Below, piece by piece: positions 19,555 to 27,678 of a stretch of DNA of 64,000 nucleotides (its first letter is position 1; each line of letters starts with the position of its first letter). The translations under genes and the position numbers were made by a program. The notes beneath the pieces are model-generated. The model was not told where the DNA came from. It saw nothing but the letters and a program-made list of their open reading frames with translations, and did no database searches. Origin of the DNA: an uncultured Candidatus Saccharibacteria bacterium (GTDB taxonomy: Bacteria; Patescibacteriota; WWE3; UBA101185; UBA10185); contig CAZXUJ010000004.1 in the NCBI GenBank assembly GCA_964643995.1, forward strand, positions 8,606-72,605, written 5' to 3'.

Positions 19555-19864
19555 TCTGTAAGTCCGTGTTTGACACGCCTATTGAATTAAATACCACTGC
19601 CTTTATGGTTAATGCTCCTCCGCAAAGAAGAAATGCCAGTATACTATACTTGAGTGCATTTTTTGCACTGTCTACTGCTTTTGGATCACCAAGGCTTTCC
19701 ATAAATTTTATTCCCGAAATAATAATAACTATTAATGATATTGCTATACCTGATCCTATTATATAGTTAAGCACTACAGACATAATTGCACCTAAACTCT
19801 CATACTGAGTTCCCGTAATATTAGATTCTTCTGCAATTAAATTAGTTAAAATACCCACAATCAC
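19535..19864 (-). CDS. VirB2/TrbC-like pilin paralog
   Basis: 109 aa, two hydrophobic helices flanking FMESLGDPKAVDSAKNALKYS. C-terminus …NGIPTF similar to …NNVTPF of the next paralog. Confidence 0.5.
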   Translation of the reverse strand: MIVGILTNLIAEESNITGTQYESLGAIMSVVLNYIIGSGIAISLIVIIISGIKFMESLGDPKAVDSAKNALKYSILAFLLCGGALTIKAVVFNSIGVSNTDLQNGIPTF

Positions 19865-19885
19865 CTACCTTTATCACTGAAGCCT

Positions 19886-19909
19886 CACCCCTCGGGGTGA
19901 GGCATAAAA
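19886..19909. terminator. perfect GC-rich hairpin (GCCTCACCCC-TCGG-GGTGAGGC) between pilin paralogs
   Basis: 10-bp inverted repeat seen directly. On the minus (coding) strand it is preceded, rather than followed, by a U-run. It may therefore act as an attenuator or mRNA-stability element rather than a full intrinsic terminator. Confidence 0.4.
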
Positions 19910-19927
19910 TAAGTTCAAATTCAGAGT

Positions 19928-20269
19928 CTAGAACGGAGTTACGTTGTTTAAGCCTGCTGTATTTGTACCACCTGTTAATACGTTTGCTACAACATATCTG
20001 ATTGTTACTGCTGCTATAACAACTATGAAACCGATAACTGCGTTTGTTAATGCACCTCTAGCTTGTTCAGCTGCTTTGGCATCACCTCTAGAAGTTATGT
20101 ACTGTATACCTCCTAAAATCAAGAATACAACTGTCAAAGCTATACCAATACCCAACACGATATTTGTTATTATCGTAAAGATCTGTGCTAAAGTAACTTT
20201 TGTACCAAGAGCTAAAGGATTCACAACAGTGCTTGTCGAAACTGCTTGTGCTAATACTTCTCTTAACAT
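19928..20269 (-). CDS. VirB2/TrbC-like pilin (candidate major pilin)
   Basis: 113 aa. Long leader, two hydrophobic helices separated by QYITSRGDAKAAEQARGALTNA. Strong SD GGAGGTG 7 nt upstream. Its own AT-rich upstream region (20270-20381) and a downstream hairpin. Confidence 0.55.
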   Translation of the reverse strand: MLREVLAQAVSTSTVVNPLALGTKVTLAQIFTIITNIVLGIGIALTVVFLILGGIQYITSRGDAKAAEQARGALTNAVIGFIVVIAAVTIRYVVANVLTGGTNTAGLNNVTPF

Positions 20270-20381
20270 TTTCCTACACCTCCTTCTATAGATTACTAAA
20301 AAAATTTACATACTGATGCTTATAAATAAGCTATATATATTATAGCAAATTTATTACTTTGATATTGAACTAATCATTCTC

Positions 20382-21254
20382 CTACTGTCCTAGGAAGTTT
20401 TTCAGAATAATTCTCAAAATGGATAGTGCTAAAAGTAAGAATAATAGTCCGGATATAGCTGCTGTAAGTTCTTCTATTCCTCTCTTTACTTTCATTGGAT
20501 CGCCTTGACTGGTCATTATGGTGTAACTGGCAATTGCAACTGTAGGTATACCTAGCAATCCTATAGCTATGGGTAACATAAGGCGGTACATGTTTTGTAA
20601 GAAGCTCTCATAGTCCACGATTGATCCATCATATTCATTCGGAGTTATAGGTTCGTCAAAGATAGCAAAGGGATCGCCACAGTAACTGTTACCATCGGTG
20701 TATTGTGTGCAGTTAACGCCACCGCAACATCCTCCTGGTACCGGTGTCCCCCCTGAAACGCAGACATTCCCGTATGGTATACAGCCCTGGCCACCACAAA
20801 TACCTCCTCCGTTTTGTTGCACAGTACAGGACCCCCCTGCACACTGATAGTCATACGTACATGGAGACCCATCTGGTAACACATTTCCACAGGAGCCTAG
20901 TGGTGGTGTTATACATTGCCAGTTCCCGCCAACATCCTGACCACACTGTTGTCCTTGGCTACAACCCCCTTCCTCATCACATTCATTGAAAGTTCCGGAA
21001 TCTCCACATGTTATGGTACATGCCGCACTTGGTTGACATGTTCCAGGTTGTGGTGGTGCTGGAGGTGTTTCCGCCGGATTAACACAGACATATCCCGCCG
21101 CACAATCGACATCAGACCATGGTCCTCCACATGAGCCATCACCATCATCACATGAACTGCCTGTAGTTCCATCTCCTGCGTAAGTTTTATTGGAACTTAA
21201 GGTAGCCACGAGCAAGAACAATATTGAAATTTTCATTATGTCTTTAATGATCAC
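20382..21254 (-). CDS. secreted Cys/Gly-rich protein with a C-terminal VirB2-like pilin domain
   Basis: 290 aa. Signal peptide (probable start at MKISILF…, about 21236). About 180 aa with 36 Cys. C-terminal …YESFLQNMYRLMLPIAIGLLGIPTVAIASYTIMTSQGDPMKVKRGIEELTAAISGLLFLLLALSILRIILKNFLGQ is homologous to the small pilins. Confidence 0.5.
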   Translation of the reverse strand: MIIKDIMKISILFLLVATLSSNKTYAGDGTTGSSCDDGDGSCGGPWSDVDCAAGYVCVNPAETPPAPPQPGTCQPSAACTITCGDSGTFNECDEEGGCSQGQQCGQDVGGNWQCITPPLGSCGNVLPDGSPCTYDYQCAGGSCTVQQNGGGICGGQGCIPYGNVCVSGGTPVPGGCCGGVNCTQYTDGNSYCGDPFAIFDEPITPNEYDGSIVDYESFLQNMYRLMLPIAIGLLGIPTVAIASYTIMTSQGDPMKVKRGIEELTAAISGLLFLLLALSILRIILKNFLGQ

Positions 21255-21259
21255 TTTAT

Positions 21260-22825
21260 CTAATTTCCAAGAAAGTTATTTAATACTATTCTAAGTATTG
21301 TCAAAGCTAATAGCAAATATAATATTCCTGCTCCAGTGGCAGTTAAGTCTTCTGTGCCTTCTTTTAATTGGTCTGGGTTGCCTCGACTTGTCATAATTCT
21401 ATAGCCAGCAAGCGTGACTAGAGGTATTCCAGCTATCCCTATGGCTAGAGGAAGCAACAGTTTATATAAGTTTGACAGCATGCTTTCAAAGTCCACTATG
21501 GCTCCTACATAGGTGGGTGGTATGGCCTCCTCATCTTCATATGTAGTTTCGTCTGAAATTCCTCCGCTACCTGCTGTACAGTCGCAAGTGCCTCCATTAT
21601 CAGGTTCGTTAGGATTTATTGGTATACAGGTACCTCCAAAAGTACATATATCTTGACATATTTGGTCTCCTGCAACACCCACATCGCAAATAGGTTCGGC
21701 ACTAATGCATATCTGTGTGTTTGCCCATGCGTTAAACGCGCATGTTTGGCTGCTATCACAGCATGGTGTGTTTATTTGATTACACTCCTCTCCGACAGTA
21801 GCACAATTTGGTCCTGGGCCACTTCCACATACCGTATGATCAGCACATATTGGGTTTGATCCGGCCTGACAGTATTGTGTGCTTGGGCATCCGCCTATAC
21901 CACAGTCTGTGGCTTCGGGTGTACCAGTTACGGGACTAGTACAAGGTGTGCCTGTGGGGATACATTGTGCTCTATTATTGCAGGTAGGCTCTCCCCCATT
22001 ACTTTCGCATCGTTGCCCTGCGGTACACCCGCCGTCGCCACAGGTGTCGGGATCTACTGTTGTTGTATACCAGTATACTGGAGGTCCGCATGATGCCGTA
22101 CATTCTTCACGCGTATTGCATATGCCACCACCACCTAAAGTTTCACATCTTTGTGAGTCGCCACAAACGCCTTGTCCACATTGTGTAGAATCCACGGGTG
22201 ACTGGTACCAGTATGCCGGTGAACATGCTTGTTGAGCGTAGCATGCGCTTCTTGAAACACATTGGGGTGTGCCACTTCCGTTAGACTCACACCTTTGACC
22301 GGCTGCACAAGTATCCTCGCCGCATGTATCCGGTTCTACTGCCGTTTGATACCAATAAACATTAGGTCCGCATGGATTTGGTGGGGGAGGGGCGGGAGTT
22401 TGGCAGTTGGCTGCGGCTGATACAGTCTCAGTAGTGCAGTTGCCACTAGTATTACAGTACTCCCAAGTGTAGGTTATGTTTGCAACAATATCGGCTGAGT
22501 GTGTGTTCACTGTGGTTGAAAAATTCCAACCCGGTGGGCATGGTGACCCCCAGTCGCAAGTGCATCCGAAATTGGTACATGTAGCATTTCCTCCCCATCC
22601 GTCTGATTCAGAGTAGATAACACTTCCATTTCTTGTAACAACCTCTTCTACGTCTATATCGCTGTAGTAGCCCTCCTCTGGTACTAGAACGTAGTCAACA
22701 TCTATGCCACTTGCCCCTAAAGTACACTCCGTAATCTGTACGCTAACACTGCCTGCGGCATGTGCGCTTCCTAAACCATGAAACCAGAAAGTTATAAAAA
22801 ATAGAAAAATAAATAAATATTTCAT
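21260..22825 (-). CDS. secreted modular Cys-rich repeat protein with a C-terminal VirB2-like pilin domain
   Basis: 521 aa. Signal peptide, about a 120-aa N-terminal domain shared with the 436-aa paralog (…CDWGSPCP…), three ~45-aa repeats YWYxxxVxPDTCGxxxCxxGQRCESNG…C, more Cys-rich modules, then the pilin-like C-terminus (…IMTSRGNPDQLKEGTEDLTATGAGILYLLLALTILRIVLNNFLGN). Confidence 0.5.
   Translation of the reverse strand: MKYLFIFLFFITFWFHGLGSAHAAGSVSVQITECTLGASGIDVDYVLVPEEGYYSDIDVEEVVTRNGSVIYSESDGWGGNATCTNFGCTCDWGSPCPPGWNFSTTVNTHSADIVANITYTWEYCNTSGNCTTETVSAAANCQTPAPPPPNPCGPNVYWYQTAVEPDTCGEDTCAAGQRCESNGSGTPQCVSRSACYAQQACSPAYWYQSPVDSTQCGQGVCGDSQRCETLGGGGICNTREECTASCGPPVYWYTTTVDPDTCGDGGCTAGQRCESNGGEPTCNNRAQCIPTGTPCTSPVTGTPEATDCGIGGCPSTQYCQAGSNPICADHTVCGSGPGPNCATVGEECNQINTPCCDSSQTCAFNAWANTQICISAEPICDVGVAGDQICQDICTFGGTCIPINPNEPDNGGTCDCTAGSGGISDETTYEDEEAIPPTYVGAIVDFESMLSNLYKLLLPLAIGIAGIPLVTLAGYRIMTSRGNPDQLKEGTEDLTATGAGILYLLLALTILRIVLNNFLGN
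21970..22378 (-). repeat. three tandem ~135-bp coding repeats (Cys-rich module) inside the 521-aa gene
   Basis: Protein-level triple repeat PxYWYxxxVxPDTCG…GQRCESNG…C at about aa 150-285. Coordinates approximate. Confidence 0.45.
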
Positions 22826-24132
22826 AAACCTCCTAGAAAATTACGTAGGATTATTCTAAGTATAGAAAGTGCTAACAATATGTACAAAATACCTTTAACT
22901 GCTTCAGTCATATCTTCTTTACCTTCTTTTACTGCTTTAGGGTCACCTTGGCTTGTAAGAATCCTGTAGGCACCTAGTATTACTATCGGTATTCCGCCTA
23001 AACCAATTGTAAGTGGTAGCATCAACCTGTATACGTTTTGTAAAAAGCTTTCATAGTCAATAATTGGCCCCGTGTATGTTGGAGGTTCAGCAGATTCGTC
23101 CGCAATGTTTATCAAGGATCCTGGAGGAAGTGTTGCATCTGTGTTACACACGCATGTACCTCCTGCATCGGGGTTGTTTATGTCTAGTATTTCACAGCGT
23201 CCTCCTAGTGAACAGGTGCTGTTGCACTGGGAGTGTTGCCCTGGTTCGCACATGTTTCCTGAAGTGCACACCTTTGTTCCAGCATAGGGAATAAAGCTAC
23301 ATGATTGTGAAGTATCACAACAAGGTCTTGTGTTTACGTTGCAAACCTGACCAATTACAGCGCACTGGCCACCATTACATACGCTGGAAGGTACGCATGT
23401 TGGCGTCCAATTTGGTGGCCCTATTACACAGTAATCCCCGCTGCCACATCCCCCAATTCCGCAATCATCAGCTGTAGGTTGTTGTGTATATGAAACAGGA
23501 TTTGAGCATTGTCCTGGATTTCCCGCGCATACAGCAGCTGATATGCATCTTGGTTCCCAATCCGGGGCACCAATCACACAGTATGAATCAGAGGCACATT
23601 CTCCACCGCAATCGTCTATAGTAGGTGTCTGGCTATAGGGGATTGGATCTCCGCATTCATCAGGGTTAATAGGTGTTGTGCAAACCGCACTCCCCGTATA
23701 TTGCTCTGTAATAGTCGTTCCGTTTACATCGGTAAAGTCCCATGTCATTTGTACAATAGCGGTAATAGTCGCATCTTCCTCGGTTGCAGTCTCTGTAAAA
23801 TCCTGTGTGATAGGGCAAGGGGATCCCCAATCGCAAATACACCCTTGACTATCGCATATTACTGTTCCTCCCCATGCGTCTGGATAGCTGTATATTTGTG
23901 CGCCATTTTGTAGTATGGTTTCTTGGACTTGTATATCAGCATAATTGCCTGGTATTGTAACCATTTCGTAACTGATACCTAAGTTGTCTAGTCCCGTTTC
24001 ACAAGTTGTAATGTCCACATTAACACCTCCGGCAGCAAAACTGGCTCGGGGTAGAGCAACAAATAAAGAAACAAAAAATATTGATAATAGATAAAGTTTT
24101 GTGAAATTTCTCACTTTAGTAAAGTATATCAA
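22822..24132 (-). CDS. secreted modular Cys-rich repeat protein with a C-terminal VirB2-like pilin domain
   Basis: 436 aa. Signal peptide, a paralogous N-terminal domain (…CDWGSPCP…), two ~42-aa repeats (…DDCGxxxCxSGDYCVIGxPxWxPxC…), and the pilin-like C-terminus (…ILTSQGDPKAVKEGKEDMTEAVKGILYILLALSILRIILRNFLGGL). Confidence 0.5.
   Translation of the reverse strand: MIYFTKVRNFTKLYLLSIFFVSLFVALPRASFAAGGVNVDITTCETGLDNLGISYEMVTIPGNYADIQVQETILQNGAQIYSYPDAWGGTVICDSQGCICDWGSPCPITQDFTETATEEDATITAIVQMTWDFTDVNGTTITEQYTGSAVCTTPINPDECGDPIPYSQTPTIDDCGGECASDSYCVIGAPDWEPRCISAAVCAGNPGQCSNPVSYTQQPTADDCGIGGCGSGDYCVIGPPNWTPTCVPSSVCNGGQCAVIGQVCNVNTRPCCDTSQSCSFIPYAGTKVCTSGNMCEPGQHSQCNSTCSLGGRCEILDINNPDAGGTCVCNTDATLPPGSLINIADESAEPPTYTGPIIDYESFLQNVYRLMLPLTIGLGGIPIVILGAYRILTSQGDPKAVKEGKEDMTEAVKGILYILLALSILRIILRNFLGGL
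23382..23646 (-). repeat. two tandem ~130-bp coding repeats inside the 436-aa gene
   Basis: Protein-level duplicate PxxYxQxPTxDDCGxxxCxSxxYCVIGxPxWxPxCxxxxVC at about aa 163-250. Coordinates approximate. Confidence 0.4.
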
Positions 24133-24150
24133 GAACGAAACCAGACTGCG

Positions 24151-25974
24151 ATGATATGTTATTATTCACTTATGCTCAAGGTTACTAAGATAGTGCCGTT
24201 ATTTTTCGTTTTATTTTTTTCGCTAATCTTGATGGCAATAGTACCTCTGACTACAGTGTTTGCGGATGACCCTTGTAAAAACATATCTGACCTTGACGAT
24301 AAAGCAGAGTGCTACGAAAAAGAGATAGAAGAACGTGAAGAAAAGTACGAGTCTACTAGCAAAAAACTTGAGGATGTGCGCAACCAAAAAAACTCTGTTA
24401 CTTCAAAGATAAGCAATTTATTAGGTCAACTAAGTGTCACCCAGGAAGAACTGACCGGAATCCAGAATGAGATCAACGACATGAACAAAACCCTTGAGGA
24501 GATAAAATCTAACCTTCAGGACAAAAACGTTCAATTAGACAAAAAGGTTGATCTTAGAAACAGAATAGTTAGAAACTATACTAAACGTGGTGTTCTAAAT
24601 GAACTTGAAACCTACTTTGCCCAACGCAAAGAAGCTGGACTTAATGGTTTTCAATATTCCACGGTTTCCTATATTTTTCAAAAGACCCTTAACGAGGAAT
24701 CTATACGTCTGATAAACATACTAAACACCGAAATATCCAATTTTGAAAAAGATAAAAAAGAAGCTGAAGATCTCAAAAAGGAACTGGAAACAGCTCAGGC
24801 TAGTTTGATTTCTGCAAAAAACCAATTGGAAAATCAGAAGAATCAGGAAGAGGGAACTTTGGATGTTTTGTCTGACAAAGAAGGTGACTACGAAGGTGAA
24901 TTAAAGAGTTTATCTGCTCGAATAGCTGAACTATCCTCCAAACAACAAGAAGTGCTATCTGCAAAAAATGGCGGCGATAATGGTTCTGTTGGTGACTACG
25001 AGTCGCCTAGTTGGAAAACACCTGATCCACCTTTCAAACCAGCATTCGCTGCTTTTAGCTATGGCGCATACACTCACTATCGAGGAATGAGCCAGTATGG
25101 TGCAAAAGGTCGTGCAGAAGACGGACAAAGTTATGAGGATATTATTAAGTTTTATTACAAAAAAGATGTCGAAGAGAAAGATGACTTTCCTGACGAAGTT
25201 AATGTCGATGGTTACGGTGAGTTGGATTTTCAGTATTATCTTTACGGCTTGGCCGAAATGCCAAGTGATTGGCCTGAAGAAGCTCTTAAAGCTCAGGCTA
25301 TTGCCGGCAGAACGTATGCCTATAGGTACGTAAAACAAGGCAAATCTATTTGCACATCTCAAAGTTGTCAGGTTTTTCTTAAGAGTAAAGCCGACAACCC
25401 CCCAAGTCGTTGGAAAGAAGCTGTTGATGACACTGAGGGCATGATTATTGAAGGAGATACTCATGCTATGTATTCATCAACCACAGGTGGCTATATTGAT
25501 GATGGCGTAGGTTGGGATGGTAAGTGGCCCAGCGACTCATATGAAAACAAAGCAGACTCACCTTGGTTTTATTGGGCGTGGTATTCCAAGAGTTACACTT
25601 TTAATTCTGATACTTGCGGTCATGCACATCCTTGGCTATCAGAAAAAGAGATGGCGGACATCCTAAACGCTTATGTGGTGTTGAATGATCACTCCGATAG
25701 TAAAGTTTCCCCATTAACCACCAATTGTTGGGGAGGTGACCCATACTCCATGGATGAACTACGCGAAAAAGCTGACGATATTTCAACAGGTTACTCAAAG
25801 GTCACGAATATAGATGTTAATGTAGGTAATAACGGCCAAACGACTCAAGTAACCCTTTCAACTGATAAAGGTACCATCACTGTGGATGGGCAAACTTTTA
25901 AAAAAGCATTTAATTTACGTGCTCCTGCATACGTTTCAATAAGAAGCAGACTCTACGATTTTCAAGTCAAATAA
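24151..25974 (+). CDS. membrane-anchored coiled-coil protein with a SpoIID/LytB-domain peptidoglycan-remodelling C-terminus
   Basis: 607 aa. N-terminal TM, about 250 aa of heptad-rich charged coiled coil, then the SpoIID/LytB signature (…AQAIAGRTYAYRY…SQSCQVF…). Confidence 0.65.
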   Translation: MICYYSLMLKVTKIVPLFFVLFFSLILMAIVPLTTVFADDPCKNISDLDDKAECYEKEIEEREEKYESTSKKLEDVRNQKNSVTSKISNLLGQLSVTQEELTGIQNEINDMNKTLEEIKSNLQDKNVQLDKKVDLRNRIVRNYTKRGVLNELETYFAQRKEAGLNGFQYSTVSYIFQKTLNEESIRLINILNTEISNFEKDKKEAEDLKKELETAQASLISAKNQLENQKNQEEGTLDVLSDKEGDYEGELKSLSARIAELSSKQQEVLSAKNGGDNGSVGDYESPSWKTPDPPFKPAFAAFSYGAYTHYRGMSQYGAKGRAEDGQSYEDIIKFYYKKDVEEKDDFPDEVNVDGYGELDFQYYLYGLAEMPSDWPEEALKAQAIAGRTYAYRYVKQGKSICTSQSCQVFLKSKADNPPSRWKEAVDDTEGMIIEGDTHAMYSSTTGGYIDDGVGWDGKWPSDSYENKADSPWFYWAWYSKSYTFNSDTCGHAHPWLSEKEMADILNAYVVLNDHSDSKVSPLTTNCWGGDPYSMDELREKADDISTGYSKVTNIDVNVGNNGQTTQVTLSTDKGTITVDGQTFKKAFNLRAPAYVSIRSRLYDFQVK

Positions 25975-27672
25975 GCTGGGAGCTTTATCAGATGCAATTC
26001 CAGTCTCAACCTTCGTAGTATATTTCTCCAAAAACCCCTTTAAAACATGATTATTTTCTTTTGGACACCCAACGTACCATTCGTGATCTAGGGCACCTTC
26101 AAAGACAGTAATATATCTAATCCCTTGGCTAAGCAACTCGTTTTTCATTTCATCATTGTTCTTTCCACTTGTTCCAAAGTAATAGTTAGAATTGATGACA
26201 TGCGTATCGTTGTCTTTCATAAACAAGAAAAAGATTTGATGGCCTTTTTCACTTGCATTTAATATTTTGCCGTTTTGGGCTACCTTCTCAAGTATTTTGT
26301 TGTATTCGTAAGTGTCTTTGAGAAACGTTTTCTTGATATTTTCTTCGGCAAAAGACTCAATAGGCGTAAAGGCTATTTTTGTTGCGTAACCAACTGTTGT
26401 CACGTTATGTACCAGACTTGCTACTACAAGAATATAAACCACTTTTTTAAATTTCTCGTTGGTTATCTGTTCGACTAGTGTAAAAAAAGCTAAAGCGAAA
26501 AGAGGGAATAAGTAAAACAAATACCAATATGGTGCAGCTACAAAAACGTAAAACGGTATTAGTGTTCCCAGTCCTACCCAATATAATTTTCCGAACTTGC
26601 GCCCGAAGATAGCAAAAACAAAAATCCCAGCATATAAAAATATTCCGAGGCTTTGCAAGGGTATTTCAGCGAATCCATAATTGTTATAGCTGGTTATGAA
26701 AAACAGTGGTTGCAGTAAAACAAGTTGTGTACGTGAGCCATATATAAACGAGCCATAATCGCGCGCAAGCTTGTCATTTATACATTGCTCTAGTTTCTGC
26801 TCGTTACGTTGTAGATAGGTCACATTGTTGGGTTTTCCAAGAGTTCTATCAAAATGGGGGACTGTAATCCCCAAACTTAAAACCCAAAAAAGTATAGGGA
26901 TTAAAAAAGCAGCTCCTCCAAGTAGAAATAAAGGTAGATTTTTTCTAAAGCTAGTTTTCGCTAGATATATAAATGCTAATAAACCTAGCATTATCACTGT
27001 CGGTATCACCGAACTTTTAATCAAAACACACAAACCTAGAGTCAACGCAAAAAAAGGGAACAATTTTGCTTTTGAGTTTTCCGTGATCTCTAAAAACAGT
27101 ATTAATGCGCCAGTAACTAGAGCATACAAAATCATATCCATCTTAAATTCCAAGAACGCTAAGGCTAAAAAGGGTTGTGACAAAATAACGAGTAACCAGC
27201 TAGCTTTTTGTACTCTCGTATCCTTGGACAAGTGTTGTAACAATTTGAAAGTTAAAACTGCAGATATAATAGCCCAGAGCCCCATTGTTAAATTCACTAC
27301 TCTTAAACTGCTCAATCGCAAAATTATGCCTAACAAAAATTCAGCTAAATACGGTTTTTCAGGAAAATTTACTTGACCATGATCTGCAACAAGCAACACC
27401 ATTCGCCAATGGTTGTTCAACCCATCATAAGAATAAAGCCGAGTGTTAAAGTAAGAAAAAACTAAAAAGCTAACTAGTGATAACGCCAAAAATGGCTTAG
27501 CATATTTTCTCCACGTAATAGTCGCCAGTTTTGGTTTGAACCACATTACCAAGAGACCAGCACTTAGGCACAAAAGTACAATTAACAGACCAACCGGTCG
27601 AAAAAAGTAATATACCGTGATAGTGCTTACAAGAAAAATAAAAAGTAATAGATCTTTGGTTTTAGTTGTCAT
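25936..27672 (-). CDS. polytopic membrane protein, putative GT-C-fold glycosyltransferase (ArnT/PMT-like)
   Basis: 578 aa, about 11 TM helices followed by about a 190-aa soluble C-terminal domain. The family is inferred from architecture only. Confidence 0.35.
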   Translation of the reverse strand: MTTKTKDLLLFIFLVSTITVYYFFRPVGLLIVLLCLSAGLLVMWFKPKLATITWRKYAKPFLALSLVSFLVFSYFNTRLYSYDGLNNHWRMVLLVADHGQVNFPEKPYLAEFLLGIILRLSSLRVVNLTMGLWAIISAVLTFKLLQHLSKDTRVQKASWLLVILSQPFLALAFLEFKMDMILYALVTGALILFLEITENSKAKLFPFFALTLGLCVLIKSSVIPTVIMLGLLAFIYLAKTSFRKNLPLFLLGGAAFLIPILFWVLSLGITVPHFDRTLGKPNNVTYLQRNEQKLEQCINDKLARDYGSFIYGSRTQLVLLQPLFFITSYNNYGFAEIPLQSLGIFLYAGIFVFAIFGRKFGKLYWVGLGTLIPFYVFVAAPYWYLFYLFPLFALAFFTLVEQITNEKFKKVVYILVVASLVHNVTTVGYATKIAFTPIESFAEENIKKTFLKDTYEYNKILEKVAQNGKILNASEKGHQIFFLFMKDNDTHVINSNYYFGTSGKNNDEMKNELLSQGIRYITVFEGALDHEWYVGCPKENNHVLKGFLEKYTTKVETGIASDKAPSLFDLKIVESASY

Positions 27673-27678
27673 ATACAG

